Of a stretch of 64,000 bases of DNA, positions 40,307-52,300 are shown one piece after another. Positions within the stretch are counted from its first letter, which is position 1; each line of letters opens with the position of its first letter. Below the pieces are notes generated by a model. The model worked only from the letters and a program-made list of their open reading frames with translations. It made no database searches and had not been told where the DNA came from. A program made the position numbers and the translations under genes. Origin of the DNA: Eledone cirrhosa. Taxonomy: Eukaryota. The stretch spans positions 15,686,001-15,750,000 of the forward strand of contig OZ024754.1 of assembly GCA_964016885.1 (NCBI GenBank), in the 5' to 3' direction.

Positions 40307-43300
40307 GAGAGGGTGTGGTTGTTGGGGTGGGAGAGTGAAGACAAGGGTTAGCCATGAGGGTGGTGGCTGGAGAGGGTGTGGTTGTTGGGGTGGGAGAGTG
40401 AAGAGAAGGGTTAGCCATGAGGGTGGTGGCTGGAGAGGGTGTGGTTGTTGGGGTGGGAGAGTGAAAAGAAGGGTTAGCCATGAGGGTGGTGGCTGGAGAG
40501 GGTGTGGTTGTTGGGGTGGGAGAGTGAAGAGATGGGTTAGTTATGAGGGTGGTGGCTGGAGAAGGTGTGGTTGTTGGGGTGGGAGAGTGAAGTGAAGGGT
40601 TAGCCAAGAGGGTGGTGGCTGGAGAGGGTGTGGTTGTTGGGGTGGGAGAGTGAAGACAAGGGTTAGCCATGAGGGTGGTGGCTGGAGAGGGTGTGGTTGT
40701 TGGGGTGGGAGAGTAAAGACAAGGGTTAGCCATGAGGGTGGTGACTGCAGAGGGTGTGGTTGTTGTGGTGGGAGAGTGAAGAGAAGGCTTAGCCATGAGG
40801 GTGGTGACTGGAGAGGGTGTGGTTGTTGGGGTGGGAGAGTGAAGAGAAGGGTTAGCCATGAGGGTGGTGACTGCAGAGGGTGTGGTGGTCGGGGTGGGAG
40901 AGTGAAGAGAAGGGTTAGCCATGAGGGTGGTGACTGCAGAGGGTGTGGTGGTCGGGGTGGGAGAGTGAAGAGAAGGGTTAGCCATGAGGGTGGTGACTGG
41001 AGAGGGTGTGGTTGTTGGGGTGGGAGAGTGAAGAGAAGGCTTAGCCATGAGGGTGGTGACTGCAGAGGGTGTGGTTGTTGGGGTGGGAGAGTGAAGAGAA
41101 GGCTTAGCCATGAGGGTGGTGACTGGAGAGGGTGTGGTTGTTGGGGTGGGAGAGTGAAGAGAAGTGTTAGCCAAGAGGGTGGTGGCTGGAGAGGGTGAGG
41201 TTGTTGGGGTGGGAGAGTGAAGACAAGGGTTAGCCATGAGGGTGGTGGCTGGAGAGGGTGTGGTTGTTGGGGTGGGAGAGTGAAGAGAAGGGTTAGCCAT
41301 GAGGGTGGTGGCTGGAGAGGGTGAGGTGGTTGGGGTGGGAGAGTGAAGAGAAGGGTTAGCCATGAGGGTGGTGGCTGGAGAGGGTGTGGTTGTTGGGGTG
41401 GGAGAGTGAAGACAAGGGTTAGCCATGAGGATGGTGGCTGGAGAGGGTGAGGTGGTTGGGGTGGGAGAGTGAAGAGAAGGGTTAGCCATGAGGGTGGTGG
41501 CTGGAGAGGGTGTGGTTGTTGGGGTGGGAGAGTGAAGAGAAGTGTTAGCCAAGAGGGTGGTGGCTGGAGAGGGTGTGGTTGTTGGGGTGGGAGAGTGAAG
41601 AGAAGGGTTAGTCATGAGGGTGGTGGCTGGAGAGGGTGTGGTTGTTGGGGTGGGAGAGTGAAGAGAAGTGTTAGCCAAGAGGGTGGTGGCTGGAGAGGGT
41701 GAGGTGGTTGGGGTGGGAGAGTGAAGAGAAGGGTTAGTCATGAGGGTGGTGGCTGGAGAGGGTGTGGTTGTTGGGGTGGGAGAGTGAAGAGAAGGGTTAG
41801 CCATGAGGGTGGTGGCTGGAGAAGGTGTGGTTGTTGGGGTGGGAGAGTGAAGACAAGGGTTAGCCATGAGGGTGGTGGCTGGAGAGGGTGTGGTTGTTAG
41901 GGTGGGAGAGTGAAGAGAAGGGTTAGCCATGAGGGTGGTGGCTGGAGAGGGTGTGGTTGTTGGGGTGGGAGAGTGAAGAGAAGGGTTAGCCATGAGGGTG
42001 GTGGCTGGAGAAGGTGTGGTTGTTGGGGTGGGAGAGTGAAGACAAGGGTTAGCCATGAGGGTGGTGGCTGGAGAGGGTGTGGTTGTTGGGGTGGGAGAGT
42101 GAAGAGAAGGGTTAGCCATGAGGGTGGTGGCTGGAGAGGGTGTGGTTGTTGGGGTGGGAGAGTGAAGAGAAGGGTTAGTCATGAGGGTGGTGGCTGGAGA
42201 GGGTGAGGTGGTTGGGGTGGGTGAGTGAAGAGAAGGGTTAGTCATGAGGGTGGTGGCTGGAGAGGGTGAGGTGGTTGGGGTGGGTGAGTGAAGAGAAGGG
42301 TTAGTCATGAGGGTGGTGGCTGGAGAGGGTGTGGTTGTTGGGGTGGGAGAGTGAAGAGAAGGGTTAGTCATGAGGGTGGTGGCTGGAGAGGGTGTGGTTG
42401 TTGGGGTGGGAGAGTGAAGAGAAGGGCTAGCCATGAGGGTGGTGGCTGGAGAGGGTGAGGTGGTTGGGGTGGGAGAGTGAAGAGAAGGGTTAGTCATGAG
42501 GGTGGTGGCTGGAGAGGGTGTGGTTGTTGGGGTGGGAGAGTGAAGAGAAAGGTTAGCCATGAGGGTGGTGACTGGAGGGTGTGGTTGTTGGGGTGGGAGA
42601 GTGAAGAGAAGGGTTAGCCATGAGGGTGGTGACTGCAGAGGGTGTGGTTGTTGGGGTGGGAGAGTGAAGAGAAGGGTTAGCCATGAGGGTGGTGACTGGA
42701 GGGTGTGGTTGTTGGGGTGGGAGAGTGAAGACAAGGGTTAGCCATGAGGGTGGTGACTGGAGAGGGTGTGGTTGTTGGGGTGGTAGAGTGAAGAGAAGGG
42801 TTAGCCATGAGGGTGGTGACTGCAGAGGGTGTGGTTGTTGGGGTGGGAGAGTGAAGAGAAGGGTTAGCCCAGAGGGTGGTGACTGCAGAGGGTGTGGTTG
42901 TTGGGGTGGGAGAGTGAAGAGAAGGGTTAGTCATGAGGGTGGTGGCTGGAGAGGGTGTGGTTGTTGGGGTGGGAGAGTGAAGAGAAAGGTTAGCCATGAG
43001 GGTGGTGGCTGAAGAGGGTGTGGTTGTTGGGGTGGGAGAGTGAAGACAAGGGTTAGCCATGAGGGTGGTGGCTGGAGAGGGTGTGGTTGTTGGGGTGGGA
43101 GAGTGAAGACAAGGGTTAGCCATGAGGGAGGTGGCTGGAGAGGGTGTGGTTGTTGGGGTGGGAGAGTGAAGAGAAGGCTTAGCCATGAGGGTGGTGGCTG
43201 GAGAGGGTGTGGTTGTTGGGGTGGGAGAGTGAAGAGAAGGGTTAGCCATGAGGGTGGTGGCTGAAGAGGGTGTGGTTGTTGGGGTGGGAGAGTGAAGACA

Positions 43301-46300
43301 AGGGTTAGCCATGAGGGTGGTGGCTGGAGAGGGTGTGGTTGTTGGGGTGGGAGAGTGAAGACAAGGGTTAGCCATGAGGGAGGTGGCTGGAGAGGGTGTG
43401 GTTGTTGGGGTGGGAGAGTGAAGAGAAGGCTTAGCCATGAGGGTGGTGGCTGGAGAGGGTGTGGTTGTTGGGGTGGGAGAGTGAAGACAAGGGTTAGCCA
43501 TGAGGGAGGTGGCTGGAGAGGGTGTGGTTGTTGGGGTGGGAGAGTGAAGAGAAGGGTTAGCCATGAGGGTGGTGACTGCAGAGGGTGTGGTTGTTGGGGT
43601 GGGAGAGTGAAGAGAAGGGTTAGCCATGAGGGTGGTGACTGGAGAGGGTGTGGTTGTTGGGGTGGGAGAGTGGAGAGAAGGCTTAGCCATGAGGGTGGTG
43701 ACTGGAGAGGGTGTGGTTGTTGGGGTGGGAGAGTGAAGACAAGGGTTAGCCATGAGGGAGGTGGCTGGAGAGGGTGTGGTTGTTGGGGTGGGAGAGTGAA
43801 GAGAAGGGTTAGCCATGAGGGTGGTGACTGGAGAGGGTGTGGTTGTTGGGGTGGGAGAGTGAAGACAAGGGTTAGCCATGAGGGTGGTGGCTGGAGAGGG
43901 TGTGGTTGTTGGGGTGGGAGAGTGAAGACAAGGGTTAGCCATGAGGGAGGTGGCTGGAGAGGGTGTGGTTGTTGGGGTGGGAGAGTGAAGAGAAGGCTTA
44001 GCCATGAGGGTGGTGGCTGGAGAGGGTGTGGTTGTTGGGGTGGGAGAGTGGAGAGAAGGCTTAGCCATGAGGGTGGTGACTGGAGAGGGTGTGGTTGTTG
44101 GGGTGGGAGAGTGGAGAGAAGGCTTAGCCATGAGGGTGGTGACTGGAGAGGGTGTGGTTGTTGGGGTGGGAGAGTGAAGACAAGGGTTAGCCATGAGGGT
44201 GGTGGCTGGAGAGGGTGTGGTTGTTGGGGTGGGAGAGTGAAGACAAGGGTTAGCCATGAGGGAGGTGGCTGGAGAGGGTGTGGTTGTTGGGGTGGGAGAG
44301 TGAAGAGAAGGCTTAGCCATGAGGGTGGTGGCTGGAGAGGGTGTGGTTGTTGGGGTGGGAGAGTGAAGACAAGGGTTAGCCATGAGGGAGGTGGCTGGAG
44401 AGGGTGTGGTTGTTGGGGTGGGAGAGTGAAGAGAAGGGTTAGCCATGAGGGTGGTGACTGCAGAGGGTGTGGTTGTTGGGGTGGGAGAGTGAAGAGAAGG
44501 GTTAGCCATGAGGGTGGTGACTGGAGAGGGTGTGGTTGTTGGGGTGGGAGAGTGGAGAGAAGGCTTAGCCATGAGGGTGGTGACTGGAGAGGGTGTGGTT
44601 GTTGGGGTGGGAGAGTGAAGAGAAGTGTTAGCCAAGAGGGTGGTGGCTGGAGAGGGTGAGGTTGTTGGGGTGGGAGAGTGAAGACAAGGGTTAGCCATGA
44701 GGATGGTGGCTGGAGATGGTGTGGTTGTTGGGGTGGGAGAGTGAAGAGAAGGGTTAACCATGAGGGTGGTGGCTGGAGAGGGTGAGGTGGTTGGGGTGGG
44801 AGAGTGAAGACAAGGGTTAGCCATGAGGGTGGTGGCTGGAGAGGGTGTGGTTGTTGGGGTGGGAGAGTGAAGAGAAGGGTTAGCCATGAGGGTGGTGGCT
44901 GGAGAGGGTGTGGTTGTTGGGGTGGGAGAGTGAAGACAAGGGTTAGCCATGAGGGTGGTGACTGGAGAGGGTGTGGTTGTTGGGGTGGGAGAGTGAAGAG
45001 AAGGGTTAGCCATGAGGGTGGTGACTGGAGGGTGTGGTTGTTGGGGTGGGAGAGTGAAGACAAGGGTTAGCCATGAGTGTGGTGACTGGAGAGGGTGTGG
45101 TTGTTGGGGTGGTAGAGTGAAGAGAAGGGTTAGCCATGAGGGTGGTGACTGCAGAGGGTGTGGTTGTTGGGGTGGGAGAGTGAAGAGAAGGGTTAGCCCA
45201 GAGGGTGGTGACTGCAGAGGGTGTGGTTGTTGGGGTGGGAGAGTGAAGAGAAGGGTTAGTCATGAGGGTGGTGGCTGAAGAGGGTGTGGTTGTTGGGGTG
45301 GGAGAGTGAAGAGAAGGCTTAGCCATGAGGGTGGTGGCTGGAGAGGGTGTGGTTGTTGGGGTGGGAGAGTGAAGACAAGGGTTAGCCATGAGGGAGGTGG
45401 CTGGAGAGGGTGTGGTTGTTGGGGTGGGAGAGTGAAGAGAAGGGTTAGCCATGAGGGTGGTGACTGCAGAGGGTGTGGTTGTTGGGGTGGGAGAGTGAAG
45501 AGAAGGGTTAGCCATGAGGGTGGTGACTGGAGAGGGTGTGGTTGTTGGGGTGGGAGAGTGGAGAGAAGGGTTAGTCATGAGGGTGGTGACTGCAGAGGGT
45601 GTGGTTGTTGGGGTGGGAGAGTGAAGACAAGGGTTAGCCATGAGGATGGTGGCTGGAGAGGGTGTGGTTGTTGGGGTGGGAGAGTGAAGAGAAGTGTTAG
45701 CCAAGAGGGTGGTGGCTGGAGAGGGTGAGGTTGTTGGGGTGGGAGAGTGAAGACAAGGGTTAGCCATGAGGATGGTGGCTGGAGATGGTGTGGTTGTTGG
45801 GGTGGGAGAGTGAAGAGAAGGGTTAACCATGAGGGTGGTGGCTGGAGAGGGTGAGGTGGTTGGGGTGGGAGAGTGAAGACAAGGGTTAGCCATGAGGGTG
45901 GTGGCTGGAGAGGGTGTGGTTGTTGGGGTGGGAGAGTGAAGAGAAGGGTTAGTCATGAGGGTGGTGGCTGGAGAGGGTGAGGTGGTTGGGGTGGGAGAGT
46001 GAAGACAAGGGTTAGCCATGAGGGTGGTGGCTGGAGAGGGTGTGGTTGTTGGGGTGGGAGAGTGAAGAGAAGGGTTAGCCATGAGGGTGGTGGCTGGAGA
46101 GGGTGTGGTTGTTGGGGTGGGAGAGTGAAGACAAGGGTTAGCCATGAGGGTGGTGACTGGAGAGGGTGTGGTTGTTGGGGTGGGAGAGTGAAGAGAAGTG
46201 TTAGCCATGAGGGTGGTGGCTGGAGAGGGTGTGGTTGTTGGGGTGGGAGAGTGAAGAGAAGTGTTAGCCAAGAGGGTGGTGGCTGGAGAGGGTGTGGTTG

Positions 46301-49300
46301 TTGGGGTGGGAGAGTGAAGAGAAGGGTTAGCCATGAGGGTGGTGGCTGGAGAGGGTGTGGTTGTTGGGGTGGGAGAGTGAAGAGAAGGGTTAGCCATGAG
46401 GGTGGTGGCTGGAGAGGGTGTGGTTGTTGGGGTGGGAGAGTGAAGAGAAGTGTTAGCCAAGAGGGTGGTGGCTGGAGAGGGTGTGCTTGTTGGGGTGGGA
46501 GAGTGAAGAGAAGGGTTAGTCATGAGGGTGGTGGCTGGAGAAGGTGTGGTTGTTGGGGTGGGAGAGTGAAGACAAGGGTTAGCCATGAGGGTGGTGGCTG
46601 GAGAGGGTGTGGTTGTTGGGGTGGGAGAGTGAAGAGAAGGGTTAGCCATGAGAGTGGTGGCTGGAGAGGGTGTGGTTGTTGGGGTGGGAGAGTGAAGAGA
46701 AGGGTTAGCCATGAGGGTGGTGGCTGGAGAGGGTGTGGTGGTTGGGGTGGGAGAGTGAAGAGAAGGGTTAGTCATGAGGGTGGTGCTGGAGAGGGTGTGG
46801 TTGTTGGGGTGGGAGAGTGAAGAGAAGGGTTAGTCATGAGGGTGGTGGCTGGAGAAGGTGTGGTTGTTGGGGTGGGAGAGTGAAGAGAAGGGTTAGCCAT
46901 GAGGGTGGTGACTGGAGAGGGTGTGGTTGTTGGGGTGGGAGAGTGAAGAGAAGGGTTAGCCATGAGGGTGGTGGCTGGAGAGGGTGTGGTTGTTGGGGTG
47001 GGAGAGTGAAGAGAAGGGTTAGTCATGAGGGTGGTGGCTGGAGAGGGTGTGGTTGTTGGGGTGGGAGAGTGAATGGAAGGGTTAGCCATGAGGGTGGTGA
47101 CTGGAGCGGGTGTGGTTGTTGGGGTGGGAGAGTGAAGAGAAGGGTTAGTCATGAGGGTGGTGGCTGGAGAGGGTGTGGTTGTTGGGGTGGGAGAGTGAAG
47201 AGAAGGGTTAGCCATGAGGGTGGTGGCTGGAGAGGGTGTGGTTGTTGGGGTGGGAGAGTGAAGAGAAGGGTTAGTCATGAGGGTGGTGGCTGGAGAGGGT
47301 GTGGTTGTTGGGGTGGGAGAGTGAAGAGAAGGGTTAGTCATGAGGGTGGTGGCTGGAGAGGGTGGGAGAGTGAAGAGAAGGGTTAGCCCAGAGGGTGGTG
47401 ACTGCAGAGGGTGTGGTTGTTGGGGTGGGAGAGTGAAGAGAAGGGTTAGCCATGAGGGTGGTGGCTGGAGAGGGTGTGGTTGTTGGGATGGGAGAGTGAA
47501 GAGAAGGGTTAGCCATGAGGGTGGTGGTTGGGGTGGGAGAGTGAAGACAAGGGTTAGCCATGAGGGTGGTGGCTGGAGAGGGTGTGGTGGTTGGGGTGGG
47601 AGAGTGAAGACAAGGGTTAGCCATGAGGGTGGTGACTGGAGAGGGTGTGGTTGTTGGGGTGGGAGAGTGAAGAGAAGGGTTAGCCATGAGGGTGGTGGTT
47701 GGGGTGGGAGAGTGAAGACAAGGGTTAGCCATGAGGGTGGTGGCTGGAGAGGGTGTGGTTGTTGGGGTGGGAGAGTGAAGAGAAGGGTTAGTCATGAGGG
47801 TGGTGGCTGGAGAAGGTGTGGTTGTTGGGGTGGGAGAGTGAAGACAAGGGTTAGCCATGAGGGTGGTGGCTGGAGAGGGTGTGGTTGTTGGGGTGGGAGA
47901 GTGAAGAGAAGGGTTAGCCATGAGGGTGGTGGCTGGAGAGGGTGAGGTGGTTGGGGTGGGAGAGTGAAGAGAAGGGTTAGTTATGAGGGTGGTGTTGGAG
48001 AGGGTGTGGTTGTTGGGGTGGGAGAGTTAAGAGAAGGGTTAGTCATGAGGGTGGTGGCTGGAGAGGGTGTGGTTGTTGGGGTGGGAGAGTGAAGAGAAGG
48101 GTTAGCCATGAGAGTGGTGGCTGGAGAGGGTGTGGTTGTTGGGGTGGGAGAGTGAAGAGAAGGGTTAGCCATGAGGGTGGTGGCTGGAGAGGGTGAGGTG
48201 GTTGGGGTGGGAGAGTGAAGAGAAGGGTTAGTTATGAGGGTGGTGTTGGAGAGGGTGTGGTTGTTGGGGTGGGAGAGTTAAGAGAAGGGTTAGTCATGAG
48301 GGTGGTGGCTGGAGAGGGTGTGGTTGTTGGGGTGGGAGAGTGAAGAGAAGGGTTAGCCATGAGGGTGGTGGCTGGAGAGGGTGAGGTGGTTGGGGTGGGA
48401 GAGTGAAGAGAAGGGTTAGTCATGAGGGTGGTGTTGGAGAGGGTGTGGTTGTTGGGGTGGGAGAGTGAAGAGAAGGGTTAGTCATGAGGGTGGTGACTGG
48501 AGGGTGTGGTTGTTGGGGTGGGAGAGTGAAGACAAGGGTTAGCCATGAGGGTGGTGACTGGAGAGGGTGTGGTTGTTGGGGTGGGAGAGTGAAGAGAAGG
48601 GTTAGCCATGAGGGTGGTGACTGCAGAGGGTGTGGTTGTTGGGGTGGGAGAGTGAAGAGAAGGGTTAGCCCAGAGGGTGGTGACTGCAGAGGGTGTGGTT
48701 GTTGGGGTGGGAGAGTGAAGAGAAGGGTTAGCCCAGAGGGTGGTGACTGCAGAGGGTGTGGTTGTTGGGGTGGGAGAGTGAAGAGAAGGGTTAGTCATGA
48801 GGGTGGTGGCTGAAGAGGGTGTGGTTGTTGGGGTGGGAGAGTGAAGAGAAGGCTTAGCCATGAGGGTGGTGGCTGGAGAGGGTGTGGTTGTTGGGGTGGG
48901 AGAGTGAAGACAAGGGTTAGCCATGAGGGAGGTGGCTGGAGAGGGTGTGGTTGTTGGGGTGGGAGAGTGAAGAGAAGGGTTAGCCATGAGGGTGGTGACT
49001 GCAGAGGGTGTGGTTGTTGGGGTGGGGAGAGTGAAGAGAAGGGTTAGCCATGAGGGTGGTGACTGGAGAGGGTGTGGTTGTTGGGGTGGGAGAGTGAAGA
49101 GAAGGCTTAGCCATGAGGGTGGTGACTGGAGAGGGTGTGGTTGTTGGGGTGGGAGAGTGAAGAGAAGTGTTAGCCAAGAGGGTGGTGGCTGGAGAGGGTG
49201 AGGTTGTTGGGGTGGGAGAGTGAAGACAAGGGTTAGCCATGAGGATGGTGGCTGGAGATGGTGTGGTTGTTGGGGTGGGAGAGTGAAGAGAAGGGTTAAC

Positions 49301-52300
49301 CATGAGGGTGGTGGCTGGAGAGGGTGAGGTGGTTGGGGTGGGAGAGTGAAGACAAGGGTTAGCCATGAGGGTGGTGGCTGGAGAGGGTGTGGTTGTTGGG
49401 GTGGGAGAGTGAAGAGAAGGGTTAGTCATGAGGGTGGTGGCTGGAGAGGGTGAGGTGGTTGGGGTGGGAGAGTGAAGAGAAGGGTTAGCCAAGAGGGTGG
49501 TGGCTGGAGAGGGTGTGGTTGTTGGGGTGGGAGAGTGAAGAGAAGGGTTAGCCATGAGGGTGGTGGCTGGAGAGGGTGTGGTTGTTGGGGTGGGAGAGTG
49601 AAGACAAGGGTTAGCCATGAGGGTGGTGACTGGAGAGGTTGTGGTTGTTGGGGTGGGAGAGTGAAGAGAAGGGTTAGCCATGAGGGTGGTGGCTGGAGAG
49701 GGTGTGGTTGTTGGGGTGGGAGAGTGAAGAGAAGTGTTAGCCAAGAGGGTGGTGGCTGGAGAGGGTGTGCTTGTTGGGGTGGGAGAGTGAAGAGAAGGGT
49801 TAGTCATGAGGGTGGTGGCTGGAGAAGGTGTGGTTGTTGGGGTGGGAGAGTGAAGACAAGGGTTAGCCATGAGGGTGGTGGCTGGAGAGGGTGTGGTTGT
49901 TGGGGTGGGAGAGTGAAGAGAAGGGTTAGCCATGAGAGTGGTGGCTGGAGAGGGTGTGGTTGTTGGGGTGGGAGAGTGAAGAGAAGGGTTAGCCATGAGG
50001 GTGGTGGCTGGAGAGGGTGAGGTGGTTGGGGTGGGAGAGTGAAGAGAAGGGTTAGTCATGAGGGTGGTGCTGGAGAGGGTGCGGTTGTTGGGGTGGGAGA
50101 GTGAAGAGAAGGGTTAGTCATGAGGGTGGTGGCTGGAGAGGGTGTGGTTGTTGGGGTGGGAGAGTGAAGAGAAGGGTTAGCCATGAGGGTGGTGGCTGGA
50201 GAGGGTGTGGTTGTTGGGGTGGGAGAGTGAAGAGAAGGGTTAGTCATGAGGGTGGTGGCTGGAGAGGGTGTGGTTGTTGGGGTGGGAGAGTGAATGGAAG
50301 GGTTAGCCATGAGGGTGGTGACTGGAGCGGGTGTGGTTGTTGGGGTGGGAGAGTGAAGAGAAAGGTTAGCCATGAGGGTGGTCACTGGAGGGTGTGGTTG
50401 TTGGGGTGGGAGAGTGAAGAGAAGGGTTAGCCATGAGGGTGGTGACTGCAGAGGGTGTGGTTGTTGGGGTGGGAGAGTGAAGGGAAGGGTTAGCCCAGAG
50501 GGTGGTGACTGCAGAGGGTGTGGTTGTTGGGGTGGGAGAGTGAAGAGAAGGGTTAGCCATGAGTGTGGTGGCTGGAGAGGGTGTGGTTGTTGGGGTGGGA
50601 GAGTGAAGAGAAGGGTTAGCCATGAGGGTGGTGGCTGGAGAGAGTGAGGTGGTTGGGGTGGGAGAGTGAAGAGAAGGGTTAGTCATGAGGGTGGTGGCTG
50701 GAGAGGGTGTGGTTGTTGGGGTGGGAGAGTGAAGAGAAGGGTTAGTCATGAGGGTGGTGGCTGGAGAGGGTGTGGTTGTTGGGGTGGGAGAGTGAAGAGA
50801 AGGGTTAGCCATGAGGGTGGTGGCTGGAGAGGGTGTGGTTGTTGGGGTGGGAGAGTGAAGAGAAGGGTTAGTCATGAGGGTGGTGGCTGGAGAGGGTGTG
50901 GTTGTTGGGGTGGGAGAGTGAAGAGAAGGGTTAGTCATGAGGGTGGTGGCTGGAGAGGGTGGGAGAGTGAAGAGAAGGGTTAGCCCAGAGGGTGGTGACT
51001 GCAGAGGGTGTGGTTGTTGGGGTGGGAGAGTGAAGAGAAGGGTTAGCCATGAGGGTGGTGGCTGGAGAGGGTGTGGTTGTTGGGGTGGGAGAGTGAAGAG
51101 AAGGGTTAGTCATGAGGGTGGTGGCTGGAGAGGGTGTGGTGGTTGGGGTGGGAGAGTGAAGAGAAGGGTTAGCCATGAGAGTGGTGGCTGGAGAGGGTGT
51201 GGTTGTTGGGGTGGGAGAGTGAAGAGAAGGGTTAGCCATGAGGGTGGTGGCTGGAGAGGGTGTGGTGGTTGGGGTGGGAGAGTGAAGACAAGGGTTAGCC
51301 ATGAGGGTGGTGACTGGAGAGGGTGTGGTTGTTGGGGTGGGAGAGTGAAGAGAAGGGTTAGCCATGAGGGTGGTGGTTGGGGTGGGAGAGTGAAGACAAG
51401 GGTTAGCCATGAGGGTGGTGGCTGGAGAGGGTGTGGTTGTTGGGGTGGGAGAGTGAAGAGAAGGGTTAGTCATGAGGGTGGTGGCTGGAGAAGGTGTGGT
51501 TGTTGGGGTGGGAGAGTGAAGAGAAGGGTTAGCCATGAGAGTGGTGGCTGGAGAGGGTGTGGTTGTTGGGGTGGGAGAGTGAAGAGAAGGGTTAGCCATG
51601 AGGGTGGTGGCTGGAGAGGGTGAGGTGGTTGGGGTGGGAGAGTGAAGAGAAGGGTTAGCCATGAGGGTGGTGGTTGGGGTGGGAGAGTGAAGACAAGGGT
51701 TAGCCATGAGGGTGGTGGCTGGAGAGGGTGTGGTTGTTGGGGTGGGAGAGTGAAGAGAAGGGTTAGCCATGAGGGTGGTGGTTGGGGTGGGAGAGTGAAG
51801 ACAAGGGTTAGCCATGAGGGTGGTGGCTGGAGAGGGTGTGGTTGTTGGGGTGGGAGAGTGAAGAGAAGGGTTAGTCATGAGGGTGGTGGCTGGAGAAGGT
51901 GTGGTTGTTGGGGTGGGAGAGTGAAGAGAAGGGTTAGCCATGAGGGTGGTGGCTGGAGAGGGTGAGGTGGTTGGGGTGGGAGAGTGAAGAGAAGGGTTAG
52001 TCATGAGGGTGGTGTTGGAGAGGGTGTGGTTGTTGGGGTGGGAGAGTGAAGAGAAGGGTTAGTCATGAGGGTGGTGGCTGGAGAGGGTGTGGTTGTTGGG
52101 GTGGGAGAGTGAAGAGAAGGGTTAGCCATGAGGGTGGTGGCTGGAGAGGGTGAGGTGGTTGGGGTGGGAGAGTGAAGAGAAGGGTTAGTCATGAGGGTGG
52201 TGTTGGAGAGGGTGTGGTTGTTGGGGTGGGAGAGTGAAGAGAAGGGTTAGTCATGAGGGTGGTGGCTGGAGAGGGTGTGGTTGTTGGGGTGGGAGAGTGA